Assembly: GCF_947492455.1 (NCBI RefSeq)
Contig: NZ_CANLNB010000004.1
Coordinates: 460,489-524,488, forward strand
DNA from: an uncultured Aliiroseovarius sp.
Lineage (GTDB): Bacteria; Pseudomonadota; Alphaproteobacteria; Rhodobacterales; Rhodobacteraceae
Reading direction: 5' to 3'
DNA length: 64,000 nucleotides
This document shows positions 9,428 through 17,273 of this stretch, one piece after another; positions within the stretch are counted from its first letter, which is position 1; each line of letters starts with the position of its first letter. Position numbers and translations under genes: made by a program. The notes below the pieces were generated by a model that saw nothing but the letters and a program-made list of their open reading frames with translations, made no database searches and was not told the DNA's origin.

Positions 9428-11074
9428 TTAGCTGACAACATCCGGCCCGGTGCGGCCCAGCATCTTTTCGATCTTGGCGATCTGCGAGGTGGCGGCAATG
9501 ACCTCTGACAGCGCCTCTTGCGTGTCGCGGGTCAGGTCGCCATCTGGCGCGGCGTATTGCTCGAGATAAACCCGCAACGTCGCGCCTTCGGTCCCGGTGC
9601 CTGACAGACGCAGCATGGCGCGTGCGCCGCCTTCATAGGTCAGGATGAGGCCTTGCCCGGTGGCGACCGAGCCGTCGATTGGATCGGTATAGGCGAAATC
9701 CTCGGCGGCACTTACGGCCAGCCCGGCTGCGGCCTGGCCGGGCAGGGTGGGTAGCCGTTCCTTCAGGTCGGCCATGACGGCATTCGCAGCGTCGGTGTCC
9801 AGCCCTTCGTAATCATGGCGGGAATAGTAGTCCCGACCATAGGTCTGCCAGTGATCCAGCAGAATATCGGCCACGCTTTCGCCGCGCACCGCTAAGATGT
9901 TTAGCCACAAGAGCACCGCCCACAGCCCATCCTTTTCGCGGACATGGTCCGATCCAGTACCTGCGCTTTCTTCGCCGCAGAGCGTGGCGCGGCCAGCATC
10001 CAGTAGGTTGCCGAAAAACTTCCAACCGGTGGGGGTCTGGAAGGCCTCGATCCCCAGCTTTTCCGCCACGCGGTCCGACGCCGCCGAGGTGGGCATCGAG
10101 CGTGCCACACCCGCAATCCCGTGCGCGTAGCCGGGGGCAAGATGCGCATTGGCCGCCAGCACCGCCAGACTGTCGGACGGCGCCACATAAATGCCGCGGC
10201 CCACAATCATGTTCCGGTCGCCATCTCCGTCTGAGGCCGCGCCGAAATCCGGCGCATCCGGCCCGTGCATATGATCGTACAGCACCTTCGCCCACACGGG
10301 GTTGGGGTCCGGATGTCCGCCGCCGAAATCTTCCAACGGGATGGCATTCACGACCGAGCCGGGCGCGGCCCCAAGGCGATGTTCCAGAATTTCGGTGGCA
10401 TATGGCCCGGTGACCGCGTGCATCGCGTCAAAGCGCAGGGTGAAGCCCGCGCTGATCATCTTGCGGATGGCGTTGAAATCGAACAGCTCTTCCATCAGCG
10501 TCGCGTAATCTGCGACCGGATCGACGACCTCGATCTCCATGCCGCCAGCTGTGTACGTGCCCAGATCGCTGAGGGTATTCAGCGTTTTGGGTAGATCCCC
10601 CATGATCCGGTAGCTTGAGATATCTTCAGCACAAGCCACGATCTTATCCGTGATCGCTTCCGGCGCTGGCCCGCCATTTTCGGTGTTGTATTTCAGACCA
10701 AAATCGCCGTTCGGTCCACCCGGATTATGGCTGGCCGATAGGATAAACCCGCCATCGGCACCCCGCTTCCGGATTAGGTGGCTGACCGCAGGGGTCGATA
10801 GAATGCCGTTCTGCCCAACGATGATTTTCGCCACGCCATTCGCGGCGGCCATGCGCAGGATCGTGGCGATGGCGTCGCTGTTGAAAAAGCGCCCGTCGCC
10901 GCCCAAAACAAACGTCTTTCCGGCAGGCGTAATCGCGTTGAAAATCGCTTGCGTGTAGGTCTCCAGATAGCCGGGTTCGGAAAACACAGCGACCTTCTTG
11001 CGCAGCCCTGATGTCCCCGGTTTTTGCCCCGCGATCGGAGCAGTTTCAATGGTGTGAACGTCTTTAGGCTGCAA
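9428..11074 (-). CDS. pgm: Phosphoglucomutase (alpha-D-glucose phosphate-specific)
   Basis: GTSGLRKK, active-site SASHNPGGPNGDFG, GDGDRN. TTG start at 11074 preceded by AGGA 8 nt upstream; there is no in-frame ATG before the conserved N-terminus. Confidence 0.92.
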   Translation of the reverse strand: MQPKDVHTIETAPIAGQKPGTSGLRKKVAVFSEPGYLETYTQAIFNAITPAGKTFVLGGDGRFFNSDAIATILRMAAANGVAKIIVGQNGILSTPAVSHLIRKRGADGGFILSASHNPGGPNGDFGLKYNTENGGPAPEAITDKIVACAEDISSYRIMGDLPKTLNTLSDLGTYTAGGMEIEVVDPVADYATLMEELFDFNAIRKMISAGFTLRFDAMHAVTGPYATEILEHRLGAAPGSVVNAIPLEDFGGGHPDPNPVWAKVLYDHMHGPDAPDFGAASDGDGDRNMIVGRGIYVAPSDSLAVLAANAHLAPGYAHGIAGVARSMPTSAASDRVAEKLGIEAFQTPTGWKFFGNLLDAGRATLCGEESAGTGSDHVREKDGLWAVLLWLNILAVRGESVADILLDHWQTYGRDYYSRHDYEGLDTDAANAVMADLKERLPTLPGQAAAGLAVSAAEDFAYTDPIDGSVATGQGLILTYEGGARAMLRLSGTGTEGATLRVYLEQYAAPDGDLTRDTQEALSEVIAATSQIAKIEKMLGRTGPDVVS

Positions 11075-11117
11075 GAACTTGGTCCTTGAAAAGGGAATTA
11101 ACTATATCGCGACAATC

Positions 11118-11549
11118 TTAGCCCAGCCGGTCGATCCGCGTCGAGAGGTGGATCAGACTTTCCGAGCCTTTCACCCCGTCGATCTCGCCAATCGCGTCCA
11201 AGACCTCGTCCAGCAACGCGGTGGAGGGTGCCGCCAGTTGCAGCACCATATCCCAGCGGCCCGAGGCCGTGTGGGCGGCTTCGACCTGCGTCAGGGTTTT
11301 CAGGCGGGCCAGAACTGCTGGGGTCGAGCGTGGTTCGATTGAAATCAACACGGTTGCGCGGATGCGATCCCCGCGCGCTGCGTCCCCCAGTCGAAGCGCA
11401 TAGCCCGCGATAATGCCTTTCTCTTCAAGGCGTTCGATCCGTGCCTGCACGGTCGAGCGCGCCAGCCCCAAACGCCGCGCCAAAGTTGCCACCGGCAGGC
11501 GGGCGTTGCTTTCAAGCTGCGCCAGAAGTTCGCGGTCTGTGTCGTCCAT
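11118..11549 (-). CDS. Lrp/AsnC family transcriptional regulator
   Basis: 143 aa with an N-terminal HTH (DRELLAQLESNARLPVATLARRLGLARSTVQARIERLE) and a C-terminal RAM domain. Divergent from the decarboxylase gene. Confidence 0.9.
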   Translation of the reverse strand: MDDTDRELLAQLESNARLPVATLARRLGLARSTVQARIERLEEKGIIAGYALRLGDAARGDRIRATVLISIEPRSTPAVLARLKTLTQVEAAHTASGRWDMVLQLAAPSTALLDEVLDAIGEIDGVKGSESLIHLSTRIDRLG

Positions 11550-11672
11550 GTGTCAGGTCTTTCTATCAATCTGACGACATTTAACCGGCATTTCGTCCGG
11601 AGTGCCACTGGAAATCGACGGCACGGATTGAGATTCTAAAGTTAGCGTCAACAGGATCCCGGAAATAAGACC

Positions 11673-12812
11673 ATGAGCAGACAACCCTCGATTTGGCTGA
11701 CCCCCTTGTCCCACCTCAAGACCGAGCGCCCGATGCAGCCGGTCATGTATTTCGCGCCCGCCGTGCTGCAATCCACCGCGCGCCGCTTTATTGCGGGGTT
11801 TGATGGGTTGGTGACCTATGCGGTCAAAGCCAACGATGCGCCGATGGTGTTGGAGAACCTCGTGACCGCCGGCCTACAGGCCTTCGATGTGGCCAGCCCG
11901 GCCGAGATGTTGGCGCTGCGTGCGGTCTCTCGCGATGTTGAAATGCATTATAACAACCCGGTGCGCTCCCGTGCCGAGATCGCACAGGCCGTGGCGCTGA
12001 ACGTGCAATCCTATTCCGTGGACAGCGCACGCGAACTGGACAAGCTGATCGCGCAGGTTCCGCCGCAAGGTGTTGAGATCTCTGTCCGTTTGGCGCTTCC
12101 GGTTGACGGCGCGGCCTATAATTTCGGGGCAAAGTTCGGCGCGGATCCCGATCAGGCGGTCGCGCTGCTTCAGCATGCGCAGGCGGCGGGCTTTACGCCG
12201 TCGATGACCTTCCACCCCGGCACGCAATGCGCCGATCCTTCGGCGTGGGTCGCCTATGTGTCGCAATGTGCAGACGTCGCGAAACGTGCGGGCATCCGCT
12301 TGCATCGCCTGAATGTGGGCGGCGGGTTTGCCGCGAACCGCGGTGTCGCCCCGGACCTTGAAGCGATCTTCCACGCTATCCACGCGGTTGTTGTGGTCGA
12401 GTTTGGCGACGACGCTCCGGAACTGGTGTGCGAGCCGGGTCGCGCCATGGTGGCCGAGGCCTTCAGTCTGGCCACCTGCGTCAAAGCCATCCGCGAAGAT
12501 GGCGCTGTCTATCTAAATGACGGGATCTATGGCGCATTGTCGGAAGCGCCGTCCATTGGCGTGCCGGACCGTCTGAAAACCGTGCGCGCCAACGGCGAAG
12601 CGCACCAAGGCGCGTTGGAAAAACGCGTTGTGTTTGGGCCGACCTGCGATTCCATCGACCAATTGCCGGACCCGCTGGCGCTTCCCGAGGATCTGGCGGA
12701 AGAGGATTATCTTCTGATTGCAGGCATGGGCGCCTACAGTTTTGCGACCGTCACGCGGTTCAATGGCTATGGCGCGATTGAAACCGTGACGGTGCAGTCG
12801 CTGGCGTTTTAA
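11673..12812 (+). CDS. Type III PLP-dependent decarboxylase (ornithine/lysine decarboxylase-like)
   Basis: YAVKAN PLP-lysine motif, GGGF, CEPGR, GPTCDS active-site Cys. Confidence 0.85.
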   Translation: MSRQPSIWLTPLSHLKTERPMQPVMYFAPAVLQSTARRFIAGFDGLVTYAVKANDAPMVLENLVTAGLQAFDVASPAEMLALRAVSRDVEMHYNNPVRSRAEIAQAVALNVQSYSVDSARELDKLIAQVPPQGVEISVRLALPVDGAAYNFGAKFGADPDQAVALLQHAQAAGFTPSMTFHPGTQCADPSAWVAYVSQCADVAKRAGIRLHRLNVGGGFAANRGVAPDLEAIFHAIHAVVVVEFGDDAPELVCEPGRAMVAEAFSLATCVKAIREDGAVYLNDGIYGALSEAPSIGVPDRLKTVRANGEAHQGALEKRVVFGPTCDSIDQLPDPLALPEDLAEEDYLLIAGMGAYSFATVTRFNGYGAIETVTVQSLAF

Positions 12813-13288
12813 GCAACCTTCATGATGATACAGGTGGTCGAGCCGGTGGCATAAAGTTTGCCATCCTCGACGCCCCGGATCTCGCCATTGGAAATCCCGG
12901 TCGAGCGCCCGGCGTGTTGAACCTGTGCCGTGGCCTCGATCAACATGCCACGCGGGATGGGGCGCAGGATATTCACCTTGTATTCCAATGTGGTGTAGAC
13001 TGATCCCTTCGGGACACGGGTCATCACCGCGCAGGCCATCGCGCTGTCCAGAAGCGTGCCGTACCAGCCGCCATGCACGGTGCCCATCGGGTTACAGTGC
13101 TCGAATTCGGGGGTGCCGTGGAAGGTGACCTTTCCATCTTCGACCGCATGTAGGTGGTAGTTTAGCGTCACTCCGATGGGCGGTCCGGGCACGGTGCCAT
13201 TCAGGACGCCTTGCATAAACTCCAGCCCCGACATCGAGGCGGTGACGTCAAGCGTTGGCAGTTGATCGAACGAGGTTGCGTGCAGCAT
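12809..13288 (-). CDS. PaaI-family hotdog thioesterase
   Basis: 159 aa. Typical PaaI N-terminal substrate-lid region (PPIGVTLN) and a HGG-containing hotdog core (TVHGGWYGTLLDSAM). Confidence 0.8.
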   Translation of the reverse strand: MLHATSFDQLPTLDVTASMSGLEFMQGVLNGTVPGPPIGVTLNYHLHAVEDGKVTFHGTPEFEHCNPMGTVHGGWYGTLLDSAMACAVMTRVPKGSVYTTLEYKVNILRPIPRGMLIEATAQVQHAGRSTGISNGEIRGVEDGKLYATGSTTCIIMKVA

Positions 13289-13289
13289 G

Positions 13290-13324
13290 AAAAAGGCCTT
13301 TCCGAAGCAGTGTTCGGAAAGGCT
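13290..13324 (-). terminator. Terminator after metF, abutting the thioesterase start codon
   Basis: Minus strand has an 11-bp perfect stem (GCCTTTCCGAA/TTCGGAAAGGC) with a 6-nt loop, then CTTTTTC immediately followed by the ATG at 13288. Confidence 0.6.
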
Positions 13325-13394
13325 AGGTGGTGAGTGTGTTCATGCAAGACTTACGCAGGGTCACAAGGTTTGTGACGTCGTGGCGTGGCCTTGG

Positions 13395-14261
13395 TCAGGC
13401 AACTTTCGCCAGATTGACTTGCGGCGTGACGCCCAGTGCGTGGGCCACATCGCGGGTCAGGCTGGGTTTGTTCAGCGTGTAGAAATGCAGGTCTTCCACG
13501 CCACCGTCGATCAGATCCGAGCACAGCTCGGTGCAAAGCGCGGTGGCCAGAAGGTCGGTGCGGTCGTCACGTTCGGCCTTCTGGAACGCATCATCCAGCC
13601 AGCTGGGGATTGCAGTGCCGCAACGCTCGGCGAATTTGCGCACGCCTTTCCAGTTTTCGATGGGCAGGATGCCCGGAATGATCGGCACATCGATCCCGGC
13701 CTTTTCGCATTTGTCGCGGAAGCGGAAGAACGTGTCCGCCTCGAAGAAGAACTGCGTGATAGCCGAACCTGCGCCCGCATCTACCTTGCGCTTCAGCCAT
13801 GCGACGTCAGCGTCCAGATCGGCGGCTTCGGGGTGGGGGTCAGGATAAGCGCCCACGCGGATGTGGAAGTCTCCGGTGTTGGCCAAGGCCTCGATCAGCT
13901 CGATCGAGTTCGCAAAGCCATCTTCGCGGGCGGTGAAGCGATCCGCGCCTTTTGGGGCATCCCCACGCAGGGCCACAATTTCCTTCACGCCAACGTCCGC
14001 ATAGCTTTTCGCAATCGCCAATGTCTCTTCGCGCGAGGCCTCGACACAGGTCAGGTGCGCCGCGACGTTCAGGCCGTAATGCTTGTGGATCGTGCCAACC
14101 GCATCATGGGTCAGTTCACGCGTGGTTCCGCCAGCGCCGTACGTGACCGAGACAAAATTGGGATCCAGAGGGGCCAGTTGGCGCACGGTTTCCCACAGGC
14201 GGAACGAAGCGTCCAGCGATTGCGGGGGGAAGAACTCGAACGAGATATTAGGCGTGGTCAT
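13395..14261 (-). CDS. metF: 5,10-methylenetetrahydrofolate reductase
   Basis: MTTPNISFEFFPP..., SVTYGAGG, typical MetF length (288 aa) once the track N-terminal extension (to 14423) is trimmed. Confidence 0.92.
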   Translation of the reverse strand: MTTPNISFEFFPPQSLDASFRLWETVRQLAPLDPNFVSVTYGAGGTTRELTHDAVGTIHKHYGLNVAAHLTCVEASREETLAIAKSYADVGVKEIVALRGDAPKGADRFTAREDGFANSIELIEALANTGDFHIRVGAYPDPHPEAADLDADVAWLKRKVDAGAGSAITQFFFEADTFFRFRDKCEKAGIDVPIIPGILPIENWKGVRKFAERCGTAIPSWLDDAFQKAERDDRTDLLATALCTELCSDLIDGGVEDLHFYTLNKPSLTRDVAHALGVTPQVNLAKVA

Positions 14262-14314
14262 GGCTTCCTCGGCGGCTGTTTTGCGAAGTTGCCCTCTTGT
14301 GCCCCATGATGTGT

Positions 14315-14340
14315 TGTGAGACAAATTCATAATTCTCACA
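14315..14340. promoter_or_regulatory. Candidate MetR/LysR operator in the metF-metR divergent region
   Basis: TGTGAGA-N12-TCTCACA inverted repeat containing TGAGACAAATTCA, which is close to the enterobacterial MetR box TGAA-N5-TTCA. Confidence 0.4.
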
Positions 14341-14359
14341 AAGAACATGAGGTTCGTGC

Positions 14360-15265
14360 ATGTACATCGAGTTCCGCCATCTGCGCACCGTGCGCGCCAT
14401 CCACCATGCGGGCTCTTTGGCACGGGCGGCGGACATTCTGCACATCACGCAATCCGCGCTGAGCCACCAGATCAAAGGGCTGGAGGAACAGGTCGGGATG
14501 GAGCTGTTCCACCGGCGGACCAAGCCCATGCGTCTGAGCCCTGCGGGGATGAAGCTCTTGCGTCTGGCCGAACAAGTGTTGCCGGAAATTGACCGCCTGG
14601 AAGAAGAATTTCGCGCGCTGAAGTCTGGCCGTTCGGGCCGGTTGCACATCGCGATTGAATGCCACGCCTGTTTCGATTGGCTGTTTCCGGTGCTCGATAA
14701 GCTACGACACGCGTGGCCAGACGTGGATCTGGATATCCGCCAACGCCTTGCCTTTGACGCCATCGAAGCTTTACGGCGCGAGGAAGTGGATTTCGTCATT
14801 TCATCCGATCCGGTGGATGTGGCGGGCATTACCTTCTCGCCGCTGTTTGCATATGAGCCGCGGTTTGTCGCGGCAGCCGGGCATCGTCTGGCGGACGAGG
14901 ATTTCGTCGTCGCCGAGGATTTCGAGCAGGAGTTTTTGCTGACCTATCCCGTGGAGCGCTCGAAAATTGATGTATTCACTGGGCTTTTGACGCCCGAACG
15001 GGTCGAGCCGCGCGGAATCAGGCAGGTCGAAATGACCGAGGTCATCCTGATGCTGGTCGCTGCGGGGCGGGGGGTTGCCGTGTTGCCGGACTGGGTTCTG
15101 ACCGATGCAAAACGCAACCCGGATTTCGTCACAAAACGCCTGACGGAAGGTGGTCTGCGCAAGCAGATGTATGCCGCCACGCGGGACGAAGATACGATGG
15201 TGCCCTTCATGGCGCATATGATCCGGCTGTGCCGCTCAGAACCGGTGAAACTTCAGCGCGGTTGA
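14360..15265 (+). CDS. metR: LysR-family transcriptional regulator, MetR-like
   Basis: N-terminal LysR HTH (LRTVRAIHHAGSLARAADILHITQSALSHQIKGLEE). Divergent from metF. GAGG SD 7 nt upstream. Confidence 0.8.
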   Translation: MYIEFRHLRTVRAIHHAGSLARAADILHITQSALSHQIKGLEEQVGMELFHRRTKPMRLSPAGMKLLRLAEQVLPEIDRLEEEFRALKSGRSGRLHIAIECHACFDWLFPVLDKLRHAWPDVDLDIRQRLAFDAIEALRREEVDFVISSDPVDVAGITFSPLFAYEPRFVAAAGHRLADEDFVVAEDFEQEFLLTYPVERSKIDVFTGLLTPERVEPRGIRQVEMTEVILMLVAAGRGVAVLPDWVLTDAKRNPDFVTKRLTEGGLRKQMYAATRDEDTMVPFMAHMIRLCRSEPVKLQRG

Positions 15266-15336
15266 CGTCCTTTCAGGCTTGGCAAACAAGGCGTACAGGC
15301 GTATACGCGCCGTTTGAAACATCAGGAGTCCTTTCC

Positions 15337-16122
15337 ATGCAAGGCAGTGCAAATCTGAACGTGATGATCAAGGCAGCCCGCAAGGCTGGCCGTAGCCTTG
15401 TGAAGGACTTCCGCGAGGTCGAGAATCTGCAGGTCTCGATGAAGGGTGCTGGCGACTTCGTGTCGAAGGCAGACATTGCCGCTGAAAAGATCATCCGCGA
15501 AGAGCTGATGGAAGCCCGCCCGAACTATGGCTGGCTGGCTGAAGAAGGCGGCGCGGCCGAGGGCAAAGACCCGACCCGTCGCTGGATTGTCGATCCGCTG
15601 GATGGCACCACCAACTTCCTGCACGGCCTGCCGCACTGGGCAATCTCGATTGCGCTGGAACATAAGGGCGAGATTGTCGCCGGTGTGATTTATGACGCCG
15701 CCAAGGACGAGATGTTCTATGCCGAAAAAGGCGAGGGCGCATGGCTGAACCAAAGCCGTCTGCGTGTCTCGGGCCGTTCGCGTCTGATCGAATGCATCTT
15801 TGCAACGGGCTTACCCTTCGGTGGCCGCGCTGATCTGCCGGAAACGCTGCAAGATCTGGCCCGCATTCTGCCGTCCTGTGCCGGTGTGCGCCGCTTTGGC
15901 TCTGCCGCTCTGGATTTGGCCTATGTGGCCGCCGGTCGTTATGACGGGTACTGGGAACGCAGCCTGAATGCATGGGACATCGCTGCCGGTTTGCTGATCG
16001 TTAAAGAAGCAGGCGGGATGGTTGAGCCGATAGAAGGTGAAACAATCCTAGATAGCGGAAGCATTGTTGCTGCCAACGAGCCAATCTTTGAGAAATTCGA
16101 CAATTTGGTGAAAAACCTATAA
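15337..16122 (+). CDS. suhB: Inositol monophosphatase family protein (SuhB-like)
   Basis: WIVDPLDGTTNF and WDIAAG motifs. ATG at 15337 (MQGSANLNVMIKAARKAG). Confidence 0.88.
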   Translation: MQGSANLNVMIKAARKAGRSLVKDFREVENLQVSMKGAGDFVSKADIAAEKIIREELMEARPNYGWLAEEGGAAEGKDPTRRWIVDPLDGTTNFLHGLPHWAISIALEHKGEIVAGVIYDAAKDEMFYAEKGEGAWLNQSRLRVSGRSRLIECIFATGLPFGGRADLPETLQDLARILPSCAGVRRFGSAALDLAYVAAGRYDGYWERSLNAWDIAAGLLIVKEAGGMVEPIEGETILDSGSIVAANEPIFEKFDNLVKNL

Positions 16123-16197
16123 GCTAAGGGTGGTCTAGGTTGGAAAAGAATTCAACCTGACATATTTGTGCCGCAAACTTAGCAAATAGAGTAGATC

Positions 16198-16401
16198 ATG
16201 TTTATGATGCCGCTCAAAAAGTCGAATTTCGCGCGCTTTGCGCGTTGCGAAGATGGTGCTGTGACCGTGGATTGGGTCGCGCTGACTGCTGCCGTTCTGA
16301 TGATCGGTCTGTTCGCCGGGTTTACCGTCAGTTCAAGCGTCCCGAGCCTTGCAAATAAAATCAGCGAAGTTCTTTCGAACCAGTCGGTCGGCCCGAACTA
16401 A
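16198..16401 (+). CDS. Flp/Fap-family type IVb pilin-like small protein (orphan)
   Basis: 67 aa. A basic leader is followed by G|AVTVDW and a hydrophobic helix VALTAAVLMIGLFAGF, comparable to the Flp G|ATAIEY processing motif. Confidence 0.5.
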   Translation: MFMMPLKKSNFARFARCEDGAVTVDWVALTAAVLMIGLFAGFTVSSSVPSLANKISEVLSNQSVGPN

Positions 16402-16476
16402 GTCTCACGCGCGTTTTCTCACTTCGTTAAGCGCAGGCTGGCTGGGCGTGCCGTGCTGGCCGCATTCGCTTTCCCT

Positions 16477-17226
16477 TCAATGCTTGCGTCGTCCGGTCCG
16501 GGGAATGCTGGTCCGGGTTAGCTTATATTTCGCCTCGGGATGATCGGGGTGACCATCTGTGCGCGACCAGAAGCGCTGTGCGCCAAGCCGCAGCCAGAGC
16601 GGCAGGATAAAGGCAAACCCGGCAATAAAGCCCCCGGCATGGGCCCAGTGCGCGACGCCGCCTCCTTCGACCCCAAGGGTGGAAACGCCGTTGAACAGCT
16701 GCAATCCGAACCAGACCAATAGGGCGGCCCAAGCCGGGACGGGGATGATTTTGAAGATAATTACGATGATGAACAGCACATCGACCTTGGCCTTCGGAAA
16801 CAGCAGCAGATACCCCCCCATCACGCCGGCGATTGCACCTGACGCACCGATCATGGGTACAGTGCTGCCGGGGTCAGTAGCGAACTGCAGAAGGGCCGCA
16901 GCAATCCCGGTTGCCAGATAAAACAACAGGAAAACCACATGGCCCAACATGTCCTCCAGATTGTCCCCGAAGATCCATAGAAACAGCATATTGCCCGCGA
17001 AATGCATGAAACCACCATGCAGGAACATCGAGGTGATGAGCGTTTCCAGCCCAAAACCATGTAACACGCGGGCGGGGATCATGCCGAAATCGATGAAGAC
17101 CTGCGTCGCCGCCGCGGTGTCATAGAGCGGCCACATATAGAGAAAAACCAACGTGTTCACCGCCAGCAGAGCATAGGTGACCAAGGGGACTCGTTCGGAC
17201 GGGTTGTGATCGCGAATGGGGAACAT
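16477..17226 (-). CDS. Rhomboid-family intramembrane serine protease
   Basis: GASGAIAGVMG catalytic Ser motif, HWAHAGGF catalytic His region, multiple TM segments. Start at ATG 17226 (MFPIRDHNP). Confidence 0.85.
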   Translation of the reverse strand: MFPIRDHNPSERVPLVTYALLAVNTLVFLYMWPLYDTAAATQVFIDFGMIPARVLHGFGLETLITSMFLHGGFMHFAGNMLFLWIFGDNLEDMLGHVVFLLFYLATGIAAALLQFATDPGSTVPMIGASGAIAGVMGGYLLLFPKAKVDVLFIIVIIFKIIPVPAWAALLVWFGLQLFNGVSTLGVEGGGVAHWAHAGGFIAGFAFILPLWLRLGAQRFWSRTDGHPDHPEAKYKLTRTSIPRTGRRKH

Positions 17227-17273
17227 GGGCTGACTTGACCCGATGCACGTCACCGGGTCAAGTCATAGGCCGA

